Source of the DNA: Acholeplasma sp.
GTDB taxonomy: Bacteria > Bacillota_I > Bacilli_A > Acholeplasmatales > UBA5453
Assembly (NCBI GenBank): GCA_036677365.1
Contig: JAVBWN010000019.1
Coordinates: 1-35,983, forward strand
Length of the DNA: 35,983 bases
Direction of reading: 5' to 3'
Position numbers and translations under genes: made by a program. Below are positions 26,824 through 35,740 of the stretch, in pieces. Each line of letters begins with the position of its first letter. The stretch's first letter is position 1. The notes below the pieces were generated by a model that was given only the letters and a program-made list of their open reading frames with translations, searched no databases and was not told the DNA's origin.

Positions 26824-27321
26824 CTATTTTTGCTTGATATATACTTTGAGTGCTTGTGTATCAAAGTAAATTTGTTCGTCTAAAGCGGTTGGCATATTCT
26901 TTCCGACATAATCGGCACGGATGGGTAGTTCGCGGTGTCCACGGTCGATCAATACCGCCAATTCAATTCTCGATGCCCTACCAATATCTAATACAGCATC
27001 TAATGCGGCGCGGGCACTTCTGCCTGTAAACAGAACATCGTCTACCAAGATGACTTCTTTCTTTTCCGCTTCTGCATAAAGTTTGTCCGAGGCTTGTTTT
27101 TTATCATCATCACGGTAAGCCGTAATGTCAATTTCATAAATCGGAATTGCTTTGCCTGTGAATTCTTGAATGTAGTTGCCAATCAGTTTCGCAATCGGTG
27201 TACCTTTGGTTTTAATCCCCATCAATACGACATGGTCTAAGGACGCATGACGTTCGATGATTTCATGAGAGATTCGTTTGAGTGTCTTTGAAACTTGAAT
27301 CGAATCCATTAATTCTTTCAC
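26824..27321 (-). CDS. pyrR: PyrR (pyrimidine regulator / uracil phosphoribosyltransferase)
   Basis: LKRISHEIIE, YRDD, ILVDDVLFTGRS, LIDRGHRELPIRADYVGKN; GTG start. Confidence 0.92.
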   Translation of the reverse strand: MKELMDSIQVSKTLKRISHEIIERHASLDHVVLMGIKTKGTPIAKLIGNYIQEFTGKAIPIYEIDITAYRDDDKKQASDKLYAEAEKKEVILVDDVLFTGRSARAALDAVLDIGRASRIELAVLIDRGHRELPIRADYVGKNMPTALDEQIYFDTQALKVYIKQK

Positions 27322-27466
27322 ATTATCACCTTGTAATATTATATATTAGGTCTGTCAAATAATCTACCTAAACCATAAGAATTTGGGAAAAAATGGTCGC
27401 TTTTTTATAATGTTTCTTCTAAGATGGTGCATTTTACTTTACAAAATCAATTCAAATTATCTTCAG

Positions 27467-27490
27467 AAAAAAACCCACCGATGGGTGGGT
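27467..27490 (-). terminator. intrinsic terminator after yebC
   Basis: ACCCACC-GATG-GGTGGGT stem preceded by an A-run. Confidence 0.8.
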
Positions 27491-27496
27491 ATGTTG

Positions 27497-28210
27497 TTAT
27501 TCGCTTTGTTTGACGTTGTGATAGACGTTTTGAACATCGTCTAATTCATCTAACATGTCCATCAGTCTTTGGAACTGTTCTTTTTCTTTTTCTTCTACAA
27601 GTTCCGTTTGAGCCAGTGGTAACCATTTAATTTCATCTTCTTCGAACTCGAGTTCCGGCAACGCATTCTTAAGAGCCGTTCTGACTTCACTATAAGCGGT
27701 TGGGTCAGCGTATAATGTGATGTACTCTTCATCGATTTCGTAGTTGGACACATCGACACCCGCATCGAGTAAAATCATTAGAATTTCATCTTCAGTGCCT
27801 TTAAATGTAAACACTGCTTTTGATTCAAACATATGTAGGACTGAACCCATTTTTCCGCCTGATTTATTAAAGCAGGTTTTAACTTCCGCAACCGTTCTGT
27901 TGACATTGTCGGTTAGACATTCAACGACCAATTGTGAAGACCCTGGTCCAAACCCTTCATAGCGTGCGGCGATGTAGTTATCTTCAGAACCGCCTTTGGC
28001 TTTTTCAATCGCTCTATGAATGACATCGGCAGAGACTTGATCTTTTTTGGCTCTTTCGATGACTCTTTTTAAAACTTGGTTCATTTCTGGGTCAGGTACA
28101 CCCGCTTTGGCAGCCATATAAATTTCTCTACCATACTTCGCATATACCTTACTTCTCATCGCAGACGTTTTCGCCATCGATGCTTTTCTTACTTCAAATG
28201 CTCTTCCCAT
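27497..28210 (-). CDS. YebC/PmpR family protein
   Basis: MGRAFEVRK, YEGFGP, CLTDNVNRT, DDVQNVYHN. Confidence 0.95.
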   Translation of the reverse strand: MGRAFEVRKASMAKTSAMRSKVYAKYGREIYMAAKAGVPDPEMNQVLKRVIERAKKDQVSADVIHRAIEKAKGGSEDNYIAARYEGFGPGSSQLVVECLTDNVNRTVAEVKTCFNKSGGKMGSVLHMFESKAVFTFKGTEDEILMILLDAGVDVSNYEIDEEYITLYADPTAYSEVRTALKNALPELEFEEDEIKWLPLAQTELVEEKEKEQFQRLMDMLDELDDVQNVYHNVKQSE

Positions 28211-28228
28211 TGTATTAAATCCCTTCTG

Positions 28229-28759
28229 TTATTTGTTGAAAATTTCCTTGTAACGTTTCATTGAATCTTGAATGATTTCTTCAGCAACCGTTTTGTCGCC
28301 TATATCTAGTATATATGTTTTTTTGCCTTCGAGTGACTTGTAAATTTCAAAAAAGTGTCCCATTTCATTGAGTAAATGGGCGGGTAATTCTGAAATGTCT
28401 TTGTATTGAGTTAACGATGGGTCACCAATCGCAATGGCGATGATCTTCTCGTCGACTTGGTCAGAGTCAATCATCTTGATGACACCAATGGCGTAGCAAT
28501 TCACTAAGCTCAGTGGTTCAATGTCTTCTTGGCATAATACTAAAACATCGAGGGGGTCATTATCACCAGCGTAAGTTCTTGGAATAAATCCATAGTTCGC
28601 TGGATAGTGGGCAGAGGTATATAACACTCTGTCAAGGATAATCATACCTGTTTCTTTATCAAGTTCGTATTTTTTCTTACTACCTTTAGATATTTCGATA
28701 CATGCAACAAAGCGTTCTTTTGAAATTCGTTTTTCGTCAATATCGTGCCAAATATTCAT
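28229..28759 (-). CDS. ppa: inorganic pyrophosphatase (family I)
   Basis: KKYELDK, LDRVLY, YPANYGFIPRT, DNDPLDVLV, DEKIIA. Start at ATG 28759 (AGGAGG RBS). Confidence 0.95.
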   Translation of the reverse strand: MNIWHDIDEKRISKERFVACIEISKGSKKKYELDKETGMIILDRVLYTSAHYPANYGFIPRTYAGDNDPLDVLVLCQEDIEPLSLVNCYAIGVIKMIDSDQVDEKIIAIAIGDPSLTQYKDISELPAHLLNEMGHFFEIYKSLEGKKTYILDIGDKTVAEEIIQDSMKRYKEIFNK

Positions 28760-28800
28760 AAACGCCCTCCTTGTCATTAGATATTTTATCATTATTATCG

Positions 28801-28829
28801 AAAAAAAACACCCAAAATTGATGGGTGTT
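28801..28829 (-). terminator. intrinsic terminator after the purine permease gene
   Basis: AACACCCA...TGGGTGTT stem preceded by an A-run. Confidence 0.75.
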
Positions 28830-28878
28830 CTATATAATATACAATTTTAGTCTGAAAATATGAATATTTGTTCAGATT

Positions 28879-30255
28879 TTAGAAGATACCTACGCCATGA
28901 AGTGCTTTAAAGATAAAGTATGCTAAGAAAATCAAACCAGAGGCCAACAGGATTGGGTGGATTTCTTTTGTTTTACCTAAAGTCAATTTAACGATGATGT
29001 ATGTGATGAACCCAAACGCAATACCATAGGAGATGTTATAGGCAAGTGCCATAACAACGATTGTGAAGAATGCAGGGATCGCATCTTCAAGTGAATGCCA
29101 GTTGACATCACCGAAACTTGAAGACATCAAGATACCTACGATGATGAGTGCTGGTGCGGTTGCAGCTGCAGGGACAATCCCCACCAATGGGGAAATGAAA
29201 ATGGTGAGTAAGAATAATGCTGAAACAAACACAGCGGTTAAACCAGTTCTACCGCCTTCTTCAATACCAGCGGCACTTTCCACATAAGTTGTGACGTTAG
29301 AAGTACCTAGTACTGCGCCTACAGTGGTAGCAACCATGTCGGAGAACAATGCTTTTTCAACCTTGGTTTTGAAGCCTTTACCCGTACCCATTTGATAGAG
29401 TTCTTCATCGGTAAAGATTTTGGATTTTTTCGATGTTCCGACGAATGTACCTACGGTATCAAAAGTGTCGGTTAAGCTGAATGCGAATAAAGCAAGTAAC
29501 GCTAGTGGCAATCTAGAAACGTCTGAGAATAATGAACCTAGACCACCAAATGCTGCCCCAAAGGTAATTGGGAATTCTTTGAATGGTTCGAATACGTTGA
29601 AAGTAATGCCAGAAAGGTTGGTAACACCCATTGGAATACCAATGACTGTGGTCGCAACGATACCGATTAGAATGGCACCTTTAACCTTCAATAAAATTAA
29701 AACTAAAGTCAAGACAACACCAATCATGGTGAGTACAGCGGCTGGGCTAGAGAAATCTGCTAGACCTGGCACTGCACCGAATTCAATGATTTGAACGTTG
29801 ACTAAACCGATGTAAGCGATGAATAGACCAATCCCACCAGAGATGGCACTTTGTAAGTTCTTTGGTATCGCAACAATGAGCTGTCTACGAACGCTTGTCA
29901 CGGTGATGATCATGTTGATGATACCGCAGATGAATACAAGAGCAAGCGCTTCTTGCCACGAGAAACCAAAGCCATAACCGATACCACCAACGACAGTGTA
30001 CGCGAAGAATGTATTCAAACCCATACCAGGGGCTTGAGCGTAAGGTACATTGGCGAATAATCCCATCATGAGTGTACCGATGACGGTAGCGAAGATGGTT
30101 GCTAAGAATACTGCGCCCCAAGGCATACCTGTGGTAGATAGATGCATTGGGTTGACGAAAATAATGTAGACCATCGCGAAGAATGTGGTTAGACCAGCAA
30201 CGAATTCTTTGCTAATGGTGGTGTTATTTTCGCTCAATTTGAAAAAACGATCCAT
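28879..30255 (-). CDS. NCS2/AzgA-family guanine/hypoxanthine permease (PbuG-like)
   Basis: AGLTTFFAMVYIIFVNP, APGMGLNTFF, FDTVGT, YVESAAGIEEGGRTGLTA. Start at ATG 30255 (AAGGAG RBS); preceded by a purine riboswitch. Confidence 0.93.
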   Translation of the reverse strand: MDRFFKLSENNTTISKEFVAGLTTFFAMVYIIFVNPMHLSTTGMPWGAVFLATIFATVIGTLMMGLFANVPYAQAPGMGLNTFFAYTVVGGIGYGFGFSWQEALALVFICGIINMIITVTSVRRQLIVAIPKNLQSAISGGIGLFIAYIGLVNVQIIEFGAVPGLADFSSPAAVLTMIGVVLTLVLILLKVKGAILIGIVATTVIGIPMGVTNLSGITFNVFEPFKEFPITFGAAFGGLGSLFSDVSRLPLALLALFAFSLTDTFDTVGTFVGTSKKSKIFTDEELYQMGTGKGFKTKVEKALFSDMVATTVGAVLGTSNVTTYVESAAGIEEGGRTGLTAVFVSALFLLTIFISPLVGIVPAAATAPALIIVGILMSSSFGDVNWHSLEDAIPAFFTIVVMALAYNISYGIAFGFITYIIVKLTLGKTKEIHPILLASGLIFLAYFIFKALHGVGIF

Positions 30256-30314
30256 TTTTTTGTTCTCCTTTTCCGATAAATGGTTTGTATTCAAAATAAG
30301 TCGGACGGTTTATG

Positions 30315-30344
30315 AAAAAAGCCACCTCTATTGCTAAAGGTGGC
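30315..30344 (-). terminator. riboswitch-controlled terminator (expression platform)
   Basis: GCCACCT-TTAGCAATAG-AGGTGGC followed by TTTTTT on the minus strand, between the aptamer and the permease start. Confidence 0.85.
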
Positions 30345-30383
30345 ATTTCTACATATGAAAACAAAAATAAAAAAACGTGTTTT

Positions 30384-30454
30384 CATACCGTAGTCGAAAG
30401 ATTGGGTCTTTCGGTAGAAACTTGGCCACCATATTAGGCCGATTATACGATATA
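30384..30454 (-). ncRNA. purine riboswitch (guanine-sensing type)
   Basis: Minus strand ATATCGTA-TAAT-CGGCCT-AATATGG-TGGCC-AAGTTTCTAC-CGAAAGA-CCCAA-TCTTTCG-AC-TACGGTAT shows P1/P2/P3, conserved J2/3 and C at the discriminator position. TGnTATAAT promoter at 30480-30472. Confidence 0.93.
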
Positions 30455-30601
30455 TTGTTGAATACACTCCCATTATATCAAGCGGATTTTTGTTGTAAAC
30501 TACTAAAACGCTTACACGAATTTGTAAAATCGGTTTGCTATAAAACAAAGATAGTTAGGGGATAAAAACTGTGGATTTGGATATATTATTCCGTAATATG
30601 G

Positions 30602-30625
30602 AAAAAAGAACGCCAAGTTGGCGTT
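30602..30625 (-). terminator. intrinsic terminator after flavodoxin
   Basis: GAACGCCA-AGT-TGGCGTTC stem preceded by an A-run. Confidence 0.8.
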
Positions 30626-30634
30626 CAATTTCAA

Positions 30635-31048
30635 TTAGAATTGTGCGAAACGTTGACCGAATGCGAAGCAAGCTTCTTCATCGTCTGAACTTGGTGCTTC
30701 ATTCGCCATTAAAGGTTGATCGAATAAAACAGCGGTGGTTTGACCGACTCTTTCAGACCAGTCTTCCATCCATTCACCAGAACCCCAACCATAAGAACCG
30801 AAAATCGCAATCTTCTTGCCTTCTAGGCCTGGTTCAACTTGAAGGTACCATTCTAGGAACTCTTCAGCTTCTTCAAATGTGTCTCCCATTGCAGGGCATC
30901 CGAATGCAATCTTTTCATATTTAAGTGCATCTTCAGGTGCAATCTCACTAATTTCTTTTAAATCTGCTTTAGCGCCTTCAGCGACTTTAACAGCCATCGC
31001 TTGGGTGTTGCCGGTTGCAGTCCAATATACAACTAATACATTACTCAT
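30635..31048 (-). CDS. short-chain flavodoxin
   Basis: YWTATGNTQAMA FMN-phosphate loop, FGCPAMG, FGSYGWGSGEWM. Confidence 0.95.
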   Translation of the reverse strand: MSNVLVVYWTATGNTQAMAVKVAEGAKADLKEISEIAPEDALKYEKIAFGCPAMGDTFEEAEEFLEWYLQVEPGLEGKKIAIFGSYGWGSGEWMEDWSERVGQTTAVLFDQPLMANEAPSSDDEEACFAFGQRFAQF

Positions 31049-31119
31049 AAGTTATTCACCTCTTCGCATACATTATATAAATTAGCACCTATATAGTCAA
31101 AAGATATGCTACATAGATT

Positions 31120-32421
31120 TTATCTAAACACGCGGCCATAAATCGAATCCACTTGTTTTAGATAATAATCGTGTGACATGGCAGATTCGATGTCCACTTC
31201 ATTCATTGGATGAAGTTTTTTAAAGTCTTCGTGATTGAGTAATAAATGTTTCATTGGTAAGCGGTGTTCAATGGCGTAGCTCGCTACCCCTTGAATGAAG
31301 TCATAGGCTTCTTCACGATGGTAATGATACTTCTCAATTAAAACATTCATGAAACGTTGGGCGTATAAAGCACCTTTGGTTATTTCTATGTTTTCTAACA
31401 TCTTTTCCGGGTATACATTTAAATGCTTCAACGTGTCCATATAACGAACCAAAATATAGTCTAATAACGTGGTGGAATCACTGAATATGACACGCTCTAC
31501 AGAGGAGTGTGAAATGTCTCTTTCATGCCATAAAGCGATGTTTTCAAATGCCGGTATTGTGTATCCTCTTAAAAGTCTTGAACACCCTGAAATATTTTCA
31601 CTGGTGATTGGGTTTTTCTTATGCGGCATCGCCGATGAACCCTTTTGTTTTTGACTGAACGGCTCCCTCACTTCACCCACTTCTGTGCGTGATAAATGAC
31701 GAATTTCAACTGCGATTTTTTCTATAGTTGAACCAATCAACGCCAACACATGGATGTAATGTGCATGGGAATCTCGTTGTAAAACTTGGGTGGAAATGGG
31801 TGCTGATTTTAATCCCAACGAGGCACACACGTCGTCTTGAATGAATGGGGGAACGTTGGCAAAATTGCCCACAGCCCCACTGATTTTTCCAACTTCGATG
31901 TCTTCACATGCCGCTTTAAAGCGCATAAGGTTTCGATGCATTTCATCATACCACAATGCCCACTTTAAACCAAAAGATGTGAGGTCTGCATGGATTCCAT
32001 GGGTTCTACCCACACAAATCGTATTTTTATACTGATCAGCCTTTTCTTTCAACACAGCCATAAAAGATTCGATATCGGATAATAAAACTTCATTCACCTT
32101 TTTAAAGATGACCCCATAAGCCGTATCCACCACATCGGTAGATGTGAGTCCATAATGGATCCACTTTTTCGCATCACTATGCATCCGTTCGGATAGGTTT
32201 CGTGTGAATGCGATGATGTCGTGTTTGGTTTCTAATTCTAACGCTTTGACTTCTTCTAAATCATAGGTCGCTTCCAAGATATCTTTGAGTTCATTTTGAG
32301 TAATTAAACCCAGTTTATACCACGCTTCTGATGCTTTTTGTTCTACCAATAATAACGCATCATAACGCGATTTTTCACTCCAAATATCTTTCATAATTTT
32401 TCTTGAATAGCGATCAATCAT
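31120..32421 (-). CDS. purB: adenylosuccinate lyase
   Basis: MIDRYS, HYGLTSTDVVDT, GRTHGIHA, GSSAMPHKKNP, WHERDISHSSVER. Confidence 0.96.
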   Translation of the reverse strand: MIDRYSRKIMKDIWSEKSRYDALLLVEQKASEAWYKLGLITQNELKDILEATYDLEEVKALELETKHDIIAFTRNLSERMHSDAKKWIHYGLTSTDVVDTAYGVIFKKVNEVLLSDIESFMAVLKEKADQYKNTICVGRTHGIHADLTSFGLKWALWYDEMHRNLMRFKAACEDIEVGKISGAVGNFANVPPFIQDDVCASLGLKSAPISTQVLQRDSHAHYIHVLALIGSTIEKIAVEIRHLSRTEVGEVREPFSQKQKGSSAMPHKKNPITSENISGCSRLLRGYTIPAFENIALWHERDISHSSVERVIFSDSTTLLDYILVRYMDTLKHLNVYPEKMLENIEITKGALYAQRFMNVLIEKYHYHREEAYDFIQGVASYAIEHRLPMKHLLLNHEDFKKLHPMNEVDIESAMSHDYYLKQVDSIYGRVFR

Positions 32422-33259
32422 GGTGTTTTACCTCATACTGAAATAGCACGTTAAAAAGCAGTGCGGATATGGTCATTGGACCTACCCCGCCAGGGACTGG
32501 TGTAATATAAGAAGCGATGTCTTGGACACTTTCAAAATCAACATCACCAACCAGTTGGTCACCCACACGGTTGATACCCACATCGACCACCACCGCACCT
32601 GGTTTAACCATGTCTTTGGTGATGAAGTTGGGTTTGCCTACGGCGACACACAAGATGTCTGCTTGTTTGGTAAATTGTTCGATATTTTGAGTTTTACGAT
32701 GAACCACCGTAACTGTTGCGTCAGCGTCATTAAGAAGTTTCGCTAGCGGCATCCCAACCAAGTTGGATCTCCCCACCACGACAGCGTATTTACCATCAAT
32801 GGGTATTTGATAGTGATTGAGTATCATCATCACACCCAGCGGTGTTGCAGGGACAACGCCAGATTGTTTCGTGAATAACTTGCCTGCGTTGATGGTATGT
32901 AAACCATCGACGTCTTTATCTGGTGAAACTTTATTCAAAACAAAGGTTTCGTTGATGTGTTTGGGCAGTGGTAATTGTATGAGAACCCCATCGACCTTGG
33001 GGTCGTGATTTAAGGCTTCAATCTTTTCAATCAATGCTTCTTCTTGAATATCGAGCGGTAACCGGATGATTTCACCGTCAATACCGACACGGTCACATGC
33101 CTTTTTCTTAGCGTTCACATAAGCGATACTGGCTGGATTTTCACCGACCAGAATGACTCTCAGGGTGGGTGTAAAACCAAATTTTTGTTTTAATGTTTTG
33201 ACTTTTTCTTTGAGGGTAACTTCATTTTGTCTCGATAGACCTTTACCATCTAAAATCAT
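32414..33259 (-). CDS. folD: methylenetetrahydrofolate dehydrogenase/cyclohydrolase
   Basis: LIQLPLP, KDVDG, VGRSNLVGMP, DVGINR, ITPVPGGVGPMT. Confidence 0.96.
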   Translation of the reverse strand: MILDGKGLSRQNEVTLKEKVKTLKQKFGFTPTLRVILVGENPASIAYVNAKKKACDRVGIDGEIIRLPLDIQEEALIEKIEALNHDPKVDGVLIQLPLPKHINETFVLNKVSPDKDVDGLHTINAGKLFTKQSGVVPATPLGVMMILNHYQIPIDGKYAVVVGRSNLVGMPLAKLLNDADATVTVVHRKTQNIEQFTKQADILCVAVGKPNFITKDMVKPGAVVVDVGINRVGDQLVGDVDFESVQDIASYITPVPGGVGPMTISALLFNVLFQYEVKHHD

Positions 33260-33274
33260 GATTGAACCCTCCTT

Positions 33275-34903
33275 TTATAGTTTGCCTGAAATATTGCCTA
33301 AATCGTCGATGAACATCTTGGTTGCGTTCGGTACTTCTGGTAAACCAGGCATCGTGATGATTCCTTTGGTGAGTACAACCACAAAACGTGCCCCACGAGA
33401 AACTCTGACATCTTCAATGGCTAAATCAAATGCGTGTGGCATACCTTTTCGTTTTGGATCGTTCGAGAAGGATAATGGTGTTTTAGCAACACAAACTGGA
33501 TAGTCTTTATAGCGTTCATTGAGTGCTTTGAGTTTTCTTTGTGCTTTTGGTGAATACACCACTTCAGTCGCACCATAGATGTTTTTCGCAATCTTCGATA
33601 CTTTTTCGAACAAGTCATCCGATAAGTCATAAACACGTTTTACTTCATATTTCGTTTCTGCTAACTGAACCACTTTACGAGCCAAATCTTGTCCCCCAAC
33701 CGAACCTTTTAAGAATACTTCTGCAAGGCTGATTGGATGACTATTTTCATTGGCCCAATCCATTAAGAATTCGAGTTCATTGTCTGGGTCATTCGCGAAT
33801 TTGTTAATCGCGATGACATATGGTAAGTTGAATTTACGTATATTTGAGGTGTGTTTTTCGAGATTCGCAATCCCAATCTTTAACGCTTCTAAATCAGACA
33901 AACCTTCTTCCATGCCATGGTATTTAAGGGCACGTAATGTCGCAACCACCACCACAACACTTGGGGTTTCACCTAAGTATCTGGTTTTAATATCGATGAA
34001 TTTTTCAGCACCTAAATCCGCACCAAATCCTGCTTCAGTAACCACATAGTCAGCGAGCTTCAAAGCCGTTTGTGTCGCGATAATCGAGTTGCAGCCGTGA
34101 GCGATATTCGCAAACGGCCCACCATGAATTAAAACACCATTATGTTCTAAAGTTTGAACGAGGTTTGGTTTCAAAGCATCTTGTAAAAGTATGATCATAG
34201 AGTCAATGATGTTTAAGGCTCTCGCATGGACTTCATTGCCATCGACATCATACCCAATCAAGATGTCACCTAAGCGTTGTCTCAAATCCTTAATGTCTTT
34301 GGCTAAACACAAAATAGCCATGATTTCTGAGGCTGCTGTGATGATGAATTTATCCTTACGATATTCAGTTTCTACTTCACGAATGGCTCTATCGTTCATA
34401 TCTAATGTGCGTGGCCAAGTGATTTTTTCAAGGTCTAATTTGAGTGGGTTGCCAAAGTGTAACGAGTTATCAATGGCTGCCGATAAGAAATTATGTGTGG
34501 TTGTGATGGCATGAATATCGCCAGTAAAGTGTAAATTGATTTTTTCTTTTGGTAAGACTTGTGCGTAACCACCACCGGTTGCGCCACCTTTCATCCCTAA
34601 CACTGGACCCAATGAAGGTTCTCTTAAAGCCCCCATGGTCTTTTGACCAATGCTGTTTAATGAATCCACAAGACCGACAGTCATGGTGGTTTTACCTTCA
34701 CCAAATGGGGTTGGGGTAATGGCTGTCACGAGAATGAGCTTGCCATTGGGTTTGTCTTTTAAACGGTCATAAACGGATGATTCAATTTTCGCAACCCATT
34801 TCCCAAAGGGTTCCAATTCTTGATCGAAAATAGCATACTTTCTTGCAATTTCACTGATGTGTAGCTTTTCTGCTTCTAAAGAAATTGTTACGTCGTCTTT
34901 CAT
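33275..34903 (-). CDS. fhs: formate--tetrahydrofolate ligase
   Basis: TPTPFGEGKTT, LREPSLGP, INLHFTGDIHAI, HGGPFANIAHGCNS, TEAGFGADLGAEKF, TMPGLP. Confidence 0.96.
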   Translation of the reverse strand: MKDDVTISLEAEKLHISEIARKYAIFDQELEPFGKWVAKIESSVYDRLKDKPNGKLILVTAITPTPFGEGKTTMTVGLVDSLNSIGQKTMGALREPSLGPVLGMKGGATGGGYAQVLPKEKINLHFTGDIHAITTTHNFLSAAIDNSLHFGNPLKLDLEKITWPRTLDMNDRAIREVETEYRKDKFIITAASEIMAILCLAKDIKDLRQRLGDILIGYDVDGNEVHARALNIIDSMIILLQDALKPNLVQTLEHNGVLIHGGPFANIAHGCNSIIATQTALKLADYVVTEAGFGADLGAEKFIDIKTRYLGETPSVVVVVATLRALKYHGMEEGLSDLEALKIGIANLEKHTSNIRKFNLPYVIAINKFANDPDNELEFLMDWANENSHPISLAEVFLKGSVGGQDLARKVVQLAETKYEVKRVYDLSDDLFEKVSKIAKNIYGATEVVYSPKAQRKLKALNERYKDYPVCVAKTPLSFSNDPKRKGMPHAFDLAIEDVRVSRGARFVVVLTKGIITMPGLPEVPNATKMFIDDLGNISGKL

Positions 34904-35015
34904 GTTATCGCCATCCTTTTTAAGTTTTCTACTTCAATTATAACATTTTTTGAAAACCGATACTGATTGAAATAAAACGTCTCTCATAATGAGAAACGCT
35001 TAGTACCATATGTTC

Positions 35016-35220
35016 TTATTCACAGTTCAAGAAGTCATCTAACATATCGACTGCAAATTCATAGGAAATTTTTTCGAAATCAGTTGTATGAATCCATCCA
35101 TTATGGAGATGCGAATCATCTGAAACAGCTTTAGCATCATTCTTTTGTATGTATCGTTTGATTTTTCACAATTTCGAATTGAGGTTCAGTGAGAAAATCT
35201 AGATTAACTTTCTCTTGCGA
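35016..35220 (-). pseudogene. 3' remnant of a DUF4065 (Panacea/GepA-like) domain antitoxin
   Basis: Hand translation SQEKVNLDFLTEPQFEIVK, frameshift in an A5 run at about 35162-35166, then IKRYIQKNDAKAVSDDSHLHNGWIHTTDFEKISYEFAVDMLDDFLNCE*. The S..SH...W......ISY..A pattern resembles the C-terminus of MqsA-like/DUF4065 antitoxins. No start codon or N-terminus. Confidence 0.6.
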
Positions 35221-35416
35221 AACCATCATAAGCAGGTTTATAATCTACTAATCTTTGAAATTTGGTAAGACTTAGGATATGATGCCAAATCTCGTCAATA
35301 TTGAGTATTCCGATTAGTGCCAAATTTTGAATAAAATCTGCTCTAGCAGCGACACTTTTTTTTATGGGTAATTAGTTATTTGCTTTTGTGAGAAATGTCA
35401 CTGTTTCATCTGGCAT
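35221..35416 (-). pseudogene. 5' remnant of a putative type II toxin gene
   Basis: TATAAT (35443-35438), AGGAGG RBS, ATG 35416. Translation MPDETVTFLTKANN*(TAA 35374-35372)LPIKKSVAARADFIQNLALIGILNIDEIWHHILSLTKFQRLVDYKPAYDG, then joins the antitoxin fragment. Toxin identity rests on position and loose recalled similarity. Confidence 0.45.
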
Positions 35417-35618
35417 ACATGAACCTCCTGTAATTGTATTATAGTCTTTCCAGCGAAATTTTTAATGAAAATGTTACAATTGTTACATTTTTCGATGCTC
35501 AAGTATGTAGATTCAATCATTGAAGATACGTTTATTTGCACTTTTTTTGTTTACTAGGAAAGTTCGTCTTTTATTGTTCTATCATCTAACAATCATTTAA
35601 GCTTTTTGATAGAAATAT

Positions 35619-35708
35619 CCATAAAACACCTATTAATATGCCTTCTTTTATGACTTTCTATATAATTAAATAGTGTCATAAAATGTATAAATAAGGGTGC
35701 TTTTATGG
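35619..35708. repeat. long imperfect inverted repeat upstream of tnpB (probable element left-end structure)
   Basis: Outer arms CCATAAAA-CACC / GGTG-C-TTTTATGG and inner arms TTTTATGAC / GTCATAAAA. Confidence 0.7.
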
Positions 35709-35740
35709 TATAATTTAGGTAGGAAAGGAGGAATCCATTT

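Noticed and set aside
30291..30565. ORFs 30291-30548 (-) and 30377-30565 (+)
   Set aside because: They overlap the permease promoter, purine riboswitch and terminator, which explain the sequence.
674..34514. Many 60-130 aa ORFs in alternative frames or on the + strand (e.g. 1874-2095, 4515-4823, 20563-20964, 29420-29794, 34191-34514)
   Set aside because: They lie inside or antisense to well-supported conserved genes and show no recognisable motifs; they are typical shadow ORFs.
35406..35420. ATG 35420 micro-ORF (MYAR*) as a leader peptide
   Set aside because: It is too close to the RBS; ATG 35416 has better spacing and opens the protein-like frame.
35491..35740. tnpA transposase upstream of or divergent from tnpB
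   Set aside because: The space is too short and only tiny ORFs occur (e.g. MDISIKKLK*); no HUH or serine-recombinase motif.
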